Shown: one piece after another, positions 1-13,855 of the stretch
How the letters are laid out: each line of letters begins with the position of its first letter
Position numbering within the stretch: position 1 is the stretch's first letter
The notes under the pieces: model-generated
Databases searched by the model: none
The model's input: the letters and a program-made list of their open reading frames with translations, nothing else
Told to the model about the DNA's origin: nothing
DNA from: Paramecium tetraurelia
Taxonomy: Eukaryota
Assembly (NCBI GenBank): GCA_000165425.1
Contig: CT868507.1
Location: 186,001-250,000, forward strand
Direction of reading: 5' to 3'
Length of the DNA stretch: 64,000 nt
Program-made: the position numbers and the translations under genes

Positions 1-1098
1 TGCTTAATTAGGTCGAATAGAGAATTAACAACTTTAGGAGAATGCTTGTGTAAATAATCATATTATGATGATAATACAGATAATATAGAATGTTAAAGTA
101 ATAAATTAACGTATTTAATAGGGTGTCATAATTCATGTCTTTCATGTGCAAACAGTACTGAAAAGGATGCATGTTTAGAATGTCCATCGAGTAGGACATC
201 TATTTAATCAGGTAGTTTCTTTGGAATGCATCTGTACTGCACCTAATGCTTTTGATGACGGATTTTCATTAGAATGCCAATAATGTGATGAAACTTGTAA
301 ACCTTGTGAAAGCCCTATTTCTTCCAAACTGTCTGAACATGCGACACACAATATAGGTAGTATGATTTATCATCATGTGTTTGTCCTCCTGGATATTACG
401 ATATTGGATAATTAGAATGTGCAAGTAAGAAAAATTAAATAAAAAGAATGCCACTTTTCTTGTTACAACTGTTTCGATGAGAAGGTAGATAGTTGCATTT
501 TTTGTTCATTGGAGTTTAGCTTTAGAATAATAAAAGGCAATATTTGTAAATGTATTGATGGATATTATGAAGAACCAGGAATTTCTTAGTGTTAAAGTAA
601 ATATCTTAAATATTACTTACTAAGAATGCTCATATAAATGTGAAAAATGCGAAATATTACCAGAGTAATGTTTGAGTTGTCCAATAAATTCAAGACGTGC
701 ATTTGATCTTATTAAAGGATGCCCTTGCCCATCAGAGTACTTTGATTAAGAAAATGAAATAATTTGTTAAAGTAGAAATTAATATAAAATAGATTGCCAT
801 TTCAAATGTAAATCCTGTTATGGTAAGGATTAAAATGAATGTCTCTCCTGCGATTCTTCTGCCCATAGAGAACTTAAAATTAGTTCCTGTTTATGCTAAC
901 CACATTATTATGAAATAGAGTTTCCATAATGTGGAAGTACTCTTTTCTATCTAAAAATTAGTTTGTAGAGCATTCTGTTATGAATGTGTTTAGGATTCCT
1001 CAAATTGTACATCATGTTATAGCGATAGATATTTAGTTGGAAATACTTGCAAATGTATTACTAAGTAATAAGGAGCTATGATAAGTACATTTGAATAT
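1..1098 (+). CDS. Cys-rich (furin/EGF-like) repeat surface or membrane protein, partial; starts before the window and runs into the N gap
   Basis: In code 6, ~50-aa repeats CHxSCxxC..CLxC..R..CxCxxGYYD..C; introns at 98-121, 425-446, 597-624, 772-792 and 937-961; three apparent +1 insertions at ~217, ~327 and ~336. Confidence 0.85.
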
Positions 1099-1248
1099 NN
1101 NNNNNNNNNNNNNNNNNNNNNNNNNNNNNNNNNNNNNNNNNNNNNNNNNNNNNNNNNNNNNNNNNNNNNNNNNNNNNNNNNNNNNNNNNNNNNNNNNNNN
1201 NNNNNNNNNNNNNNNNNNNNNNNNNNNNNNNNNNNNNNNNNNNNNNNN
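1099..1248. other. Assembly gap (150 N)
   Basis: Run of N. Confidence 1.
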
Positions 1249-2775
1249 ATATCAATATGGTTAATTTCATCTTGCAGTTAATGATTCATAAATGCATACA
1301 TTTCTCTTACCTCACTTACTTATTTTGTCTCGTTCGGCAACATGTATTTAAAGGCTTCTCCTTTATTAAATTACAATTCTTTGGTTGTCTTTGGAATATC
1401 AGGAGGTAATTCCCACTTTGTAGGATCTCCTTTATTATAAAGTTATTCTTTTTTTTCATTTAATTTATTCTTCAAATTCTGATATTTCTGTTGCAACTAA
1501 TTTTTGGTTTATAAATATTCATATGCAGATGATTACTTCTTTTTATGATATCTAAAGAATTCATAAAAATTTTCCTATTCATAAGACTATTAATCACTTT
1601 CACATTCTTCATCTAAAAATTAACTCCACACTACCACCCGGTAACAAACTTTGATAGTTCTTAATAAACTAATTAGATTTGCTCAATAGCTCCTTTAGAT
1701 TTGGTTTATTTAATAAAACTATCAGTTAGTTTATCCAAAGTATTAAAGTTTTCGGTAATTGCACGTTAATGTATTACTTAGATTTTCCAAATCTGTACAT
1801 AATTTATTAAAATTATTGCCAGTCTTTTTATAAATATCTTAAGAATTTTTTAAGTAATCTGACAAAGAATTCGAGTAATTCGATAATTCATTGGAAATTT
1901 CTAAAACACACGAACCATTAATCATTGTATATTCCTATGGTTTGGATGGTCCTTTCTATTTTTCAAATTGGTTAAATTTCTCTTTTAATTTAGCATCATC
2001 ATTGATTTCTAAAAAGTCAGAGAACAAAGGATGAGTCTTAAATAATGGATGATACAAACAATTCTATAAAAATAGTTCCATAATTCTCATACGTTTCTCT
2101 AAATATGCTGCCCCAGTCTATGATTTCCTATAAAAATATATTATATAAATACAATTTCTTTCCAGGAATAGGTGGAATCAAATGACATGGGTACGTCATT
2201 ACTAAAATTTCTCTCAATTTCTGAAAATCAGTAAATCTTCTATTTACAACCCATCCGATTGGCTTGGTTTCAATTTTAAATGAAATGTAAGATGATATGA
2301 TGCCATCAGATTTACTTATATATTCACTCATTAATATTTCCACTTGCTTTTATAATAACATAAAATACTTTATGTGTATTTTCCATTATGTAATCTGTTA
2401 ACCTTGTTCTTCCTGGCAATTAACATTAGACTTCTGTAAAAAAGTTACTATCATCCTGAACTTTCTATATCTAAAATAGCGTATTGTTTGTCTATAGGTT
2501 AAGTTATCTTTAGTCATTTTGTACGATCTACTGATTCTGTTATTGCATTTCTTTTTAACTATATACTTGATTAAAATAAATTACTCTTCTTTCTTGATGA
2601 AATCTTGTATTGTTTTTTCTAATTCTTCAAATGTCCACAAATCTATATCCTGACTGCCATTTTACTTTATTTATTCACAATACACCTGGAATGCAATAGT
2701 ATCATAACCTGCCTCCACTACTTATTACATCAATATATCTTATTTTCTCTATCTTTCTTATTCTATGTCCTACAT
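1249..2775 (-). CDS. PX-domain (sorting nexin-like) protein; 3' end lies in the gap
   Basis: MQDIEQERQ..IDLWTFEELEK N-terminus; PX motif WVVNRRFTDFQKLREILVMTYPCHLIPPIPGKK; helical C-terminal half. Confidence 0.85.
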
Positions 2776-2799
2776 TTTATTAATATTAATTAATCGTTA

Positions 2800-4044
2800 A
2801 TGAACCCCTCCTTAAAATTAAAAACCTAATAATCAACCAAGACATTTCATCAAAAAGACTCTCCGAAAATGAAAAGGACCTAAAGTAATTACCTACTACC
2901 CAGTAAATCATAAGGTCAAAAACTAAAAACCACAGGTTACGGAAATGATCAAATCAGATTAAACAACTCTATCAATTATCTATAAGAAAATACAAAAACC
3001 TTTTGTACCTCAATTTGTATTCCTTACAAAACAGAAGAAACTGAAAACAAGAATGAAATAAACATAAAACAGCAATTAATTATTGAATTGAATAAAAAAA
3101 ATTCTCAATTACAAATAAATAATTAAGTTTTATAGCAATCGAACAAATAAATGTAGGATGATATTTTAATACTTAATCAAACAATAGAATAAATTTGTAA
3201 TCGGCTTTCAAAACAGAAAGAACAATCTGAAAATTTAACATCTTAAATCAACGATCTGTAAAACACTGTATCTCTTTAAAAATAAGAAATTTCAAAATTT
3301 AAGAATGAAAACTTTAAATTAATGACGGTTCTCAAAATAGGTAAACAAAAAAATGGTAAGGAAAATAATCCTGAATTAATTCAACATAATTATTAAGAAT
3401 AAATTAATTTGTTGAAAGAACAAATTTCAATATAGAAATAGGTATTCTAGTAAACAGAATCCACCCTCTAAAAATAAATTAAAAAAATAACTTCCTTTTT
3501 TAATAAATTCTTTTTGTCAAATAATAATCTAAACTTATCAAATACTAAAAAAATATTCTCTCAAAATGAAAATGATACAATCTAATTATTATTTGACGAT
3601 GATGAATCGGAAGCAAATGATCCAAAATATATTTTATGCTAAACAATACAGAATTAAACAGAAAAATAGTAAAATTCTGTGGTTGAAAATACTAATCTAT
3701 CAAATACTAAAGAAATTTCAAAACTTAAGTAAATTCTTTAAATATAAAAATTATAAATTGAACGCTAATAAAAAACCATCTTGAATTAACACTTTGAAAT
3801 TTAAAACCTATAAAATTTAATGTATAAGTAAGATTATGAAAGTATTGCAGAATTTAACAGAAACAGTGTGAATAATAATGATTAATTTGCGACTTAATAA
3901 TTTGCAAATTCTCCAAATGATGAAATGTGCTATCATCTTAACGATAGTTAATGTGACATTAAGCCATAATGTTTTTTAGATAGTATGTAAAATACTCTCT
4001 AAAAATTTTAAGTCATCACAGAAGAAGGCACTTTTAGAAATTGA
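2800..4044 (+). CDS. Hypothetical coiled-coil protein
   Basis: ATG at 2800, long Q/N/K/E-rich frame, TGA at 4042-4044. Confidence 0.6.
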
Positions 4045-4667
4045 TAATATATATATCCTAAAAATTTATAAGTATTTACCTCTGCAACTTTGTATTAGTA
4101 CTATGATTTACAAATCTACTTTTCTTAAAACTAAGTGAGAATTAGAAAGTGATTGTAACCTTTAGCATTTTATTATTCCAGGAATATAAAAAAATAAGTA
4201 CTTTGATATCCAAATTTTGGAATATAATTTCATCTCAAGCAGAGCAGAAACAATTACAGAAATGATCTATTTAGGTTAAGATATAAGAGTTTATGGCACT
4301 CCATTTAAATTTGGTATGTTAATAATTTCTGATGGTTTTCAACATCCCCAAGCAATTTTGTTGATCACTTATTTATATTCTTTACTTTTTATATATAAAA
4401 TTTTGAAAATTTTTTTTTAGGTTACTTATATATTCTTAATGTTATTCTTTCTGTTTTTGAAATTCTTAAAGATCAATTTAGTTTAGAATATTTGGTTGGC
4501 TTTTATTGTTATAAACATATTGATTTTGAGCTAATGATTGATATTTTCAAATAATAAAACATGTAACTATTTAAGAGAATAAGAGAATAGAAGTTATTGA
4601 TAATCACTGTATTTTCAATTAACTTTAGGTGCAAATTAAATTGTATAATTATGCATAATATATTATC

Positions 4668-5778
4668 TCACATATACATAGTTCTTTTTGCATATTTTTT
4701 TTTGATTTCATCTCTCTTCTCCTTTTCTTACAATTTGATTTATTATTCTCTTGGGAGATTCATTAACTTTTATTTTTCCTTTTGTAATTTCTCTGTCTTC
4801 TTTTTTTATGCCTCCTAAAGTGGAAAAACTTATTCAATACTTCAATTTTCTTTTATTTTTCATCTCTAGATTTGATTTCTTCAAATTTCGCCCTTTCTTC
4901 CTCATATTATTATCTAGCATATGATGATAATTTGAAACTAGCAATCCTATCTACAATTTAAAGGATCAATTAAATGAATTCTGTAAAATCTTCTATTGAT
5001 TCAATATTAATTAAGGTAGCTCTAAGATGATATGGACTAATATATAGATTAAGGAATTACTTTGGTACAAGTGTTTTTTAATCAGTAAAGTGAATATTTT
5101 ATATGTATTTATCATATTTTTTTAAGGCTTGACATACTTTTAAATCAAAAATGGTTGTCAAAGGTTCTTTACCTTCACCAAGTGTGACATGTGTTAAACT
5201 ATAAATATATTATTAAATTACTTGTCATCAATTTTATCAATGGATAACTTTTCACAAAGATATTTTAGATCGATATTGGCTTCTTTATATGATTTAGCGT
5301 CTCTTTTTTTGACTAAAGCAAAACAAATTGGTTATGGCGAGGCTGCTATAGGTATATCAATAGTGATTGTGTCTCTTTCAGGCCAAATGAATGAAAAGAA
5401 TAACATTGACAATAAATCCTATCTTTTCTTTAGATCAATAGTGACAGCTAAACAATTTAAATTGTTTCTTCCTTAAGCAATAAATCTACAAAATATAGAA
5501 GGAAAAGTTTACCCAAAGGAATTACTTGAAATGGATTAGAGAAGTGGTCCATTTTCTTTATTTGTGACACCAACAGAGGTAAAATTAGTTTTAAAAAAGT
5601 CGTATGTTGTTGATGCAAATTTTAATGCAATTTTTTTATTGGTTGTATTTCCTGTTATGTACAGAAAGATGTAAATGAGGATAAGTATAAATCCCATGCA
5701 TTCATAAGGGTAATGATTTGGTATGGTTTTGATAAAAGTAATATAGTCAAATGGAATTTGTGTTTAATTATCTTCCAT
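4668..5778 (-). CDS. CCDC47: CCDC47/DUF1682 family ER membrane protein (PAT complex subunit)
   Basis: TM helix then GNTTNKKIA; FIAQGRNNL..IDLKKRQDLLS; K/E-rich tail ending KKKYAKRTMYM*. Confidence 0.8.
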
Positions 5779-5825
5779 TTACTAAATATTTTATCATTAA
5801 ATTTTTAGATATTTGCAAAATAGTT

Positions 5826-7774
5826 ATGGGTTAGAACATTAAGCAACAGAAGATTATGTTACTTAACTCTTATATATAATTTATAAAGAAGGTCAAATTC
5901 TTGAATTTTTTTGAATTAAAAGCGAATCGAGGAAACAATATAAACAATTTGTTTGAGGACTATGTAAAGCAGTATCTAAGTGAACTAGAGAACAAGTTAA
6001 ATTTTTATACAAAAGAAAATATCATTTCTTTTATAATACAATTATATTTTGCATATAGAATTGAAAATTATTATAAGAAGTTCTATAGTTTATTTACTAA
6101 TATGAATTATTTTATTAAACATTAATTATGCATAAAATTTTTAGATCAATTAAGTCAAACAAAGGATCAAGATTTGCTAATAAATTGCCCACCTATTTAG
6201 AAAGATTAAAATAATAAGAGGAAATGGATCGTAAAACTAATTTAGATGTCTTAAGGAGAGAAGTTTTTAATGATTCAATCTAATTACCTATAAAATTTGC
6301 TGCCTATTATATTACTAAGTATACTTAAATTTATTAATAGCTAATAGACTTTTTGGGCTGAATTAACAAGATCTATGATTGATGCAAGCAATCATGTTAT
6401 TTTATTTGCAACCCAAATTATATTAATTATGGGTTATTTTATCACTTATATAGTAGGTCCTAATAAATAATTCCCATATGGAATAGAAAAAGTGAAACAT
6501 CTAGTAGCTTTGATACCATCAGCCTTGTTTTTATACTTTGGAGCCTCTATTTCATATGAGTCATTCCTTAATATTTATAATTATGGTCATTATGTCGGTG
6601 AAATACATAGCAATGCTTGGGGATTAGCTGTATGCCTATTTCATTATTTGATAGTTATATTTACTATCCATTGGTATAGAAACAAGTGTAGTTTTCAAAA
6701 ATATAAGAGATGCATAAGCTGTTGATTCAAATGAAGAAATAAAAAAAGGATTGTTTAAATAGTTTCTATCAGTATTTCAAAAAAAGGATCCAGTCTTATA
6801 AGCTATTCTTTATGAGAATGCTATAACCCTAGGATCTACTTTAATTCCATTATTATCTTCTGCATTTACCTTAATTTACCCTACACATGCATTTGAAATT
6901 GTAGGATCTTTGGCAATCGGCTTAATTTAATTGTATTTTCATATTGTTTGCATTTTATAGACAATTAGCATATCATTTGAGCGCCAAGAACTTAAGTTCT
7001 TTGATGGGGGAATAATCTATTAGTGATTTTGAAGTCAAGAAAATATTAGAAATTATCAAATAAAATCAATATGTTGAAAAGATTTAAAATGAGAAGGCTG
7101 TGATGTTAGGGAGTAGGAAATTTAGATTTTCAGCTGAAATAACTTTTAATATTAAAGTAGATATAAAAATTTAATAAATTTAGCAAATAAATTAAGATAC
7201 TGAATCTAAATACCTAGAGAGATTTGACAAAGTTATTTATAGTGAATCTTATAGAGATAGAGAGGAATACTTATAAGAATTATTAAGAGAAATATAGGAA
7301 TATGTTCTTGCCAGTTTACATATATAAGTATTAGTGTGAATATAAATATAGATTCAAAAAATTGAAAGTGCAATCAGAAATGAATTTCCTAATTGTATAC
7401 ATTTGGATTTTGAAATTAATAAAAAATTTTTGGCTGAAACTTATTCTATAGATGATGGCAATTGGTTGTTTAGAGAAACATTATTAAAATCGCCTTTTAA
7501 GGTTGAAAAGTGGATGCTAGATGAAGTTGACAGGTTGATAAAGAAAATTACAAAGAAAAAAAAAGAAACATATATTGAAACGTAATAATTATCAAGAAAT
7601 ATATTTAGTTATTAATCCTTATGTTCATCAGTTTAATATAATTAATGGAATGACTTGGAAGATGATGATGAATAACTAAAAATTATAGAGGATTACAGAT
7701 TTGAAGAATTGTAAAATGAATTAAAAGGCATAGATAAAAAGTTATAGTTGAAAAATTAATCTAAAGGATAATGA
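5826..7774 (+). CDS. Cation diffusion facilitator (SLC30A9/ZnT9-like) transporter with divergent metal ligands
   Basis: AELTRSMIDASNH, PNKQFPYGIEKVKHLVALI, KDPVLQAILYENA, EIVGSLAIG motifs; several TM helices. Confidence 0.75.
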
Positions 7775-7797
7775 ATATATAACAGCTATTAATCATA

Positions 7798-8578
7798 TCA
7801 AAATACAAATGCTTAACCTTATTCTTAGCGTACAACGTTTTGTCTATCTAAATTTCCACACAAGTTAACTCTAAAAATATTGAGATTAAGTATTACAAAA
7901 ATTTTGGTGTACTGAGTAGATTTATTCCCTTAAAGGAAGGTAATTTGGGAACTATATAAGCAAAGTAATAATATGTGTGACCGATAACTGCTCCTATCAA
8001 ATTGGATTAGACTGGCCTCCCTGTTACGATATTGATCAAAATAAAAAACCAAACCATGTATTAAGCTTTGACTGGTATTATGAACATAACTTAATATTCA
8101 AAATATTTTGGTACATAATAATTCTCTTTCTTGATTTTGTCTCCCCCAAACATATATGAGTGCTTCTACAAAGTATTCTGTTAGAGAAGGCTCATTTAAC
8201 AACAGTCCAACTAAAGTGATTGTGATTAGGTTCAATAGTAAGTAGTATATGTAATTAGCAATACCTGGAAAAGTATGTTATTCCAAAGATGATGAGATGG
8301 TTTAACTAAAAAGTATTGCTACAAATATTACAAAAAGAATAATCTTAAGACCATAATCAAATCTAATTCTCCAAAATATAAAATACTCGTCAATATTCTC
8401 CATGGCTAGAATAAAATAATTTAAATACTTAGAACTATTCAAGAAATGCAAGCTTATAGTTTAAGTAGAGATTTGAGGGTTTTAGATATTGCACGTACGT
8501 TGCGTAGCTCAATAAAATACTGCTTATAACTATGATTCTAGTCAAAGGAGGAATATCTAGAAAATATTCTAATACCAT
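7798..8578 (-). CDS. DER1: Derlin (Der1-like ERAD membrane protein)
   Basis: MVLEYFLDIPPLTR..QPWRILTSILYFG..IYVWGRQN..VKAQYMVW..LIGAVIGHTYYY..LLSTPKFL. Confidence 0.9.
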
Positions 8579-8611
8579 CTTTTTTGATTAATTATTAATA
8601 TTATCAAAAAA

Positions 8612-9918
8612 TCAATCATATGTTCCAAAACCTATAGTTTTCTTGTTTCTATGTAGGATTTAAGCGAAGTTGATTGGTTTCAAAATTACATAGTTAGATG
8701 ACTAGTAGTATTTGAAGCCTTAGAATCTCTTTATAATTATTCTACTTAAGGCAAAAACAAGGGATTCTCTTAAATTTTTCATAAATCAGTTAATGTTGTA
8801 TTATCAGGACCAATAACATTCAATAGGGTATTTATTTCAGAAATTGAATTGTAACCCAATTTTAATGAATTCAAAACATTAATCCTCCTTAAAGCTACAC
8901 TGATCAATTTAAATAAAGTCATTTCTTAATTGATTGTGTTCTTATTTGTTTATATCATTTAGGGGATAAATCAGTAAACTATTGTGTTGTAAATTCAAAT
9001 AAATCAAAGATTGATTATTTGCCAATCCTTAAGACAATATACTTATACTTTCTGAGGTTAGAAAACAATACTTTAACTTTAATTCTGTTAGATGACATTA
9101 TAATGATGATAGAGATTAACTCAAATTTTGCATATCTTAAATAATGGAATCTTATATTATACACTCCTTAATGATTTTAATTTATTGCTAACTTCATTAA
9201 GACTTCAGCAACTTTATAATCTTCATAGCCAATTTTGAATCCATCTAAACACATATGATATAAGTCAGTATATTGAATTAAAGCACTATATAATCAATTT
9301 AATGTAATTAGACTATCATAGTAATTTGTACTAGTCTAATGATTTAAAATAAGTAACTTTTTAATATATTCCAAAATATTTCCATCCCTTTTGGACCTAG
9401 TTCATTATGACTTAAATCCAAATATATTATATGAGTATTAGAAACAATAAATTTCAATTCATCACTATATGAATCATCAAGCCATGCAATCAAGGCCTTA
9501 GTATTTTTATTGATATTAGGTTTCAATTTTATAAAATCAAGCGTATCTATTCTAAAACTCTTTAAATGCCAATCTATTAATTTTCTTACTACCAAAATTG
9601 CTTGAATCATTACGATTATTATACCTTAATTAAATGATAATGATTTTATACTCAATATTTTTCTTTAAATTATTTTTCGGTCTTGATTTTGATGGCAATA
9701 ATTTTGTAGGCAGTTTTTAAATTATGATAAAAATGTTTAGAATCATTCTGATTATTTTTCTTCTTCATTTTATTATGTTAAAATTATTGATTTAGCCTCA
9801 GGTAATTTAATTGAATTTGGATTAATTTTGATTCTTTAGCAACTTCATTCTAAATTTGCATTAAAGGTGATTCAAAACCAGTAGTTTCTTTAGATATTAT
9901 TTTAAGGAATTAAATCAT
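8612..9918 (-). CDS. Leucine-rich-repeat (RNI-like) hypothetical protein; ends approximate
   Basis: IIYLDLSHNELGPKGMEIFWNIL LRR-like motif within a long code-6 frame. Confidence 0.55.
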
Positions 9919-10014
9919 TTTCTCTTACTCTTCTATCTTCTGCAGATATGTCAGATTGGGACCTAATGATTTATTATTTTATAAAAATTATTTAATTATA
10001 AATATTTATTAGAA

Positions 10015-10983
10015 ATGAATGAATAAGAGAAACTTGCATCACTTATTACTTAGAAAATTTCTGAAGATGAAATGATTAATGAGAGAGAAGTTCTTTAAGT
10101 ACTTTCTTATATTAATTTTAAACTTCTTAATGTATGAATAATTGCTTAGATTAGACATTAATACTTTAAAAAAAGCAGGAATACAATTTTATAATTTTAT
10201 TCTAAGTAATTAACTATTTTCTAAGATTCTGAAAATAGGATTCCTTAAAATATCAAAGATTGGTCAACCATCTAAAGAACAATTGGACACACATCAAAAT
10301 TCATCCAAATGTTATAAAATTTTAAAAAATATTACATTACAAAGTGCAAAATATTACAAACTTAAACCTTTTTGTAAGAGGTGCATATCTAAAAACTTTC
10401 TCTAAGAGCAAAATATTTATTAAAGATTGTCAAGTCGCTTTTCCAATATTATAGCAATCCATTCAATCAGTCTTTGCATGAAGACTCTTAATTAACTTAT
10501 AAATTTTAAATGAACCTCCATTAAATCCTATCAAAACTTCAACTCTTATAGAATAAGACTCTGAAATCATAATGCAAGAATTAATAAAGAAAGAAAAATT
10601 TAGTACAATCCAAGAGAGATTAAATAATATTGTCAAATAAATAAAATAAGATCAAGGAGTCCAACTACAGCATCTTTAGGAAGCAGGAGCAGAACCATTT
10701 AGTCATGTTAACATCATAGATTGTCTATTCCTCTTGGCAATTCTATATGATAATAAAGTAGTTCCCAGTAGAAGTCGAATATCACAATCAAATAATATAG
10801 CAAAACAATTAATAATACATTGTCTTTTAAAATCTAGTGGAGCTAAGTTTAGAGAGATGTCCTAAACTAATACTCAAAATAAATTCGATTAGGTTGAGAA
10901 ATCCCCATTATAATAAAAAAAATAGTAATATATCAAGGATGCATTTTTTTACAAAAAAACCAACTTCAAAGAATAATAAATGA
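10015..10983 (+). CDS. Hypothetical protein
   Basis: MNEQEKLASLITQKISEDE start, candidate tiny introns, TGA at 10981-10983. Confidence 0.5.
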
Positions 10984-11326
10984 TTATATTTTTCATTTTA
11001 GAATTACTAACACAAAAGTGTAAATCATAAATGCAATTAAGCCAAGGTTCATAAATATATTAAATATATACCAAATATTGGTTAAAAGATAGAGCAAATT
11101 GTAAATGAGAACTTGCAACACTTAAAATTAACATTTACTTTATCTTCCATAATGTAATCAAATTCTTCTCCTTCTTAATTTACAAGTTTTTAATTGACTT
11201 TTTGATACTAGAATGTTGGTATCTCTGCTTATTACATTAGTTTACTCGATTTTTTAAAATATTAAATAATAAAAGTACCAATATATATAAATATATAGAT
11301 AATAAGAATTGTATGTGTATTTATCT

Positions 11327-12042
11327 TCATTTCAGCATTTCTTATAACAACTCATCTATTTCCAATAAACTTTAATCGCATGCTGATCCTCTTGTGGTTG
11401 CTTTGATTGATGCTTTAACAAAACTTTCGTCGTATGGATTTCTTATTTATGGTGTCATGTCAGTTATTTTATACTTAATTTAAGTACTTTGATTCAATTA
11501 TTCATCATCACTTATGGTCTTAGAATTTAATATAGAATAATCAGCTCCTAATAATTTTTATTCCTAACTTTAAATAAACATTAAGCAAATACTTCTTCAT
11601 TGTCCGATTGTTTTTAAGGCCGGAATAAAATACATAATTTTATAATGCACCAAATAAAAGATGAAAAAACCGATACTACAAACAAGCATAATAACACTTC
11701 TTTATAGTGCAGCTTAATCAATAAGTATTTCACCTTCTGGAACTCTTACTTATATGCACTCTGCTTCCCCTCAATCAGCTATTCATACTTTGGAATCGTA
11801 TAATTTTATTTTGGAAATTCAGAGACATCCTCTTCAATCAATTCTTGCTATAACACCAAATTGGAATCAAACTCTAATCTCTCTTTCTGAAATTGGTTAA
11901 TCCTCTCTTATCCTATTATGGGTTCCTCTATCAATTATAAAATTGAAATTGGTTTCCGAACTATTCCAATATGCTTTTTTGGATGCTGAATTCTACAATC
12001 AGAAAAAGCAATATTGTGTATAATCATAATCAAAATGATCAT
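11327..12042 (-). CDS. Hypothetical single-pass membrane protein with signal-peptide-like start
   Basis: MIILIMIIHNIAFS start; TM VLLCLFVVSVFSSFIWCIIKLCIL; one 25-nt candidate intron. Confidence 0.5.
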
Positions 12043-13855
12043 CTTTACGCTTTGTTTATTTATTAAATAAACAATTAATATATTTTTATGTAATGGTGTT
12101 AATCTTCCATAACTGTGATTAATCAATAAAAATAAACAAAGAAAATTAATTAAAAGTTCTTTGAAATAAAACTAAACAAATGCGAAGCGTAATCGAAAAA
12201 AGGATCATAAAGGTGACATCCATCAATTTGAAAAAGTTTAATTGAGAACCTCCTTTCATATTTATCTATAATAGTAAATCTAAAATATCAACTTGAATTG
12301 ATGAATAAACAATATTATTAAAATAATACTAACAGTTCTCGTTAATGTTATTAAAAATTGATGAAATTATTGATGATATAATTTATTTATAGAATAATAA
12401 TAATTTTTTCATAAATTAATTATTTTATTATATAGATATTTTCATTTAATTAGAAACATTTATAAATTATCAAATTCTCAAATATGAATTCTAATTATTA
12501 CCAAACTTTATTGAATAAACTGAGAATTGATGGACGATCAAGTTCTGCCAAAATAATTAGAGTTTTACAATAGTTTATTTATATATGTTGAAACATTGTC
12601 CTAAATAAATTCAATAGTTCTTTTCAATTATTTTATTTCGAAAACTTCAAAAGAATTGAGACTTTATATATTATATTCTTTGATCAGGTTTTAGATTTAG
12701 ATGATTTCTATAGCTTTTCTGAGATCCTTTTTTAAGATGTTAATTGATGATCAATATGATATTAATCAAAATAAGAAAGGACTATAATTAAATTTTAGGC
12801 GTAGTTTATTGAATCAACAGAGATTCATAATTAAATATACGAATAAAAAATATTAAAGATAGAGTCTTGTGAAATGTTTAAATTTCCTGGTCTCTTGTGT
12901 ATAATACTCAACTGTGAATATAAGATAACTAAAATTGTTAATACTCCTGTATATTTAAAAAAATATACAATATTCTTAGGATTTTATTTAATTATTTGAG
13001 AACTATTCATTCCTTATTTTATATTTTGTAATGATAAATGTTCAGTAAATTTGTGAAATTTATTATTTTATTAATGGGAGATGAATGATAAAATTATTGT
13101 ACTCATGTGCTTTACTTATTTTAAGTCGAGTTCGTCAGTGTATTTGAAACAAAATACAGAAATTCAAACTTTTTTTATGATTTTGTACACTAAAACTCTT
13201 TAATACATACTTTCAAGTTTAATGTTTTAATAATATTAGTGACTATTGATAGAGATAAGAGTTCTAAAAATATAACTAAATTTGAAAGCTATAGAAACTG
13301 GATAGAATCTCAAGAATGTATATCGAGATAATAGAAATATTAGGTTTTTTAGATAGACTAGTAGATTAGTAAAAAATTTGGAGAAAATAGTGCATGATTG
13401 GAATCATGAGAAGGTTTTAATTTCCAGAATTTCTATAGAACAATTAAGAAAATGAAAGATGTATAATGAGGAATGATAAGCATTTCAATTTGAGGTGTAT
13501 GGTGTTCCATGAAGTTAATAGATAGAAAATAGGGAGAATGATGAATAAGACATTGAGATTATGGGATAAGAATATTTGAATCGAATTCATGAAAGAAATG
13601 AATGATTTAATTAAAGTGATTAATTTTAATAAATCATCAATGAGAAATCATATTGTGTATTGTTTTAATTTGTGGTAAATATGCATTAGTTTTAGAAAAT
13701 GCTGATGCAGAAGCTTGAATGTAATGTTAGAGAACGAATTCAAAGAAAAAAGAAGGAAAATAATTATAAATTTAAATTGTTGTTACAACTAATTAAATAA
13801 ATATAATAATTTTTTATTTTCTTTTTTGATATTCAATAGCAATTAACATTAATAA

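Noticed and set aside
4050..4600. Further small candidate genes here and at ~11030-11240, ~15100-15520, ~27400-27840, ~34130-34880 and ~47870-48289
   Set aside because: Partly open frames, but no consistent start, splice and stop model or recognisable motif could be supported by eye.
13441..13610. Mitochondrial insertion (TGA read as Trp)
   Set aside because: The frame also contains TAA/TAG, which are stops in the mitochondrial code, and no mitochondrial protein was recognisable.
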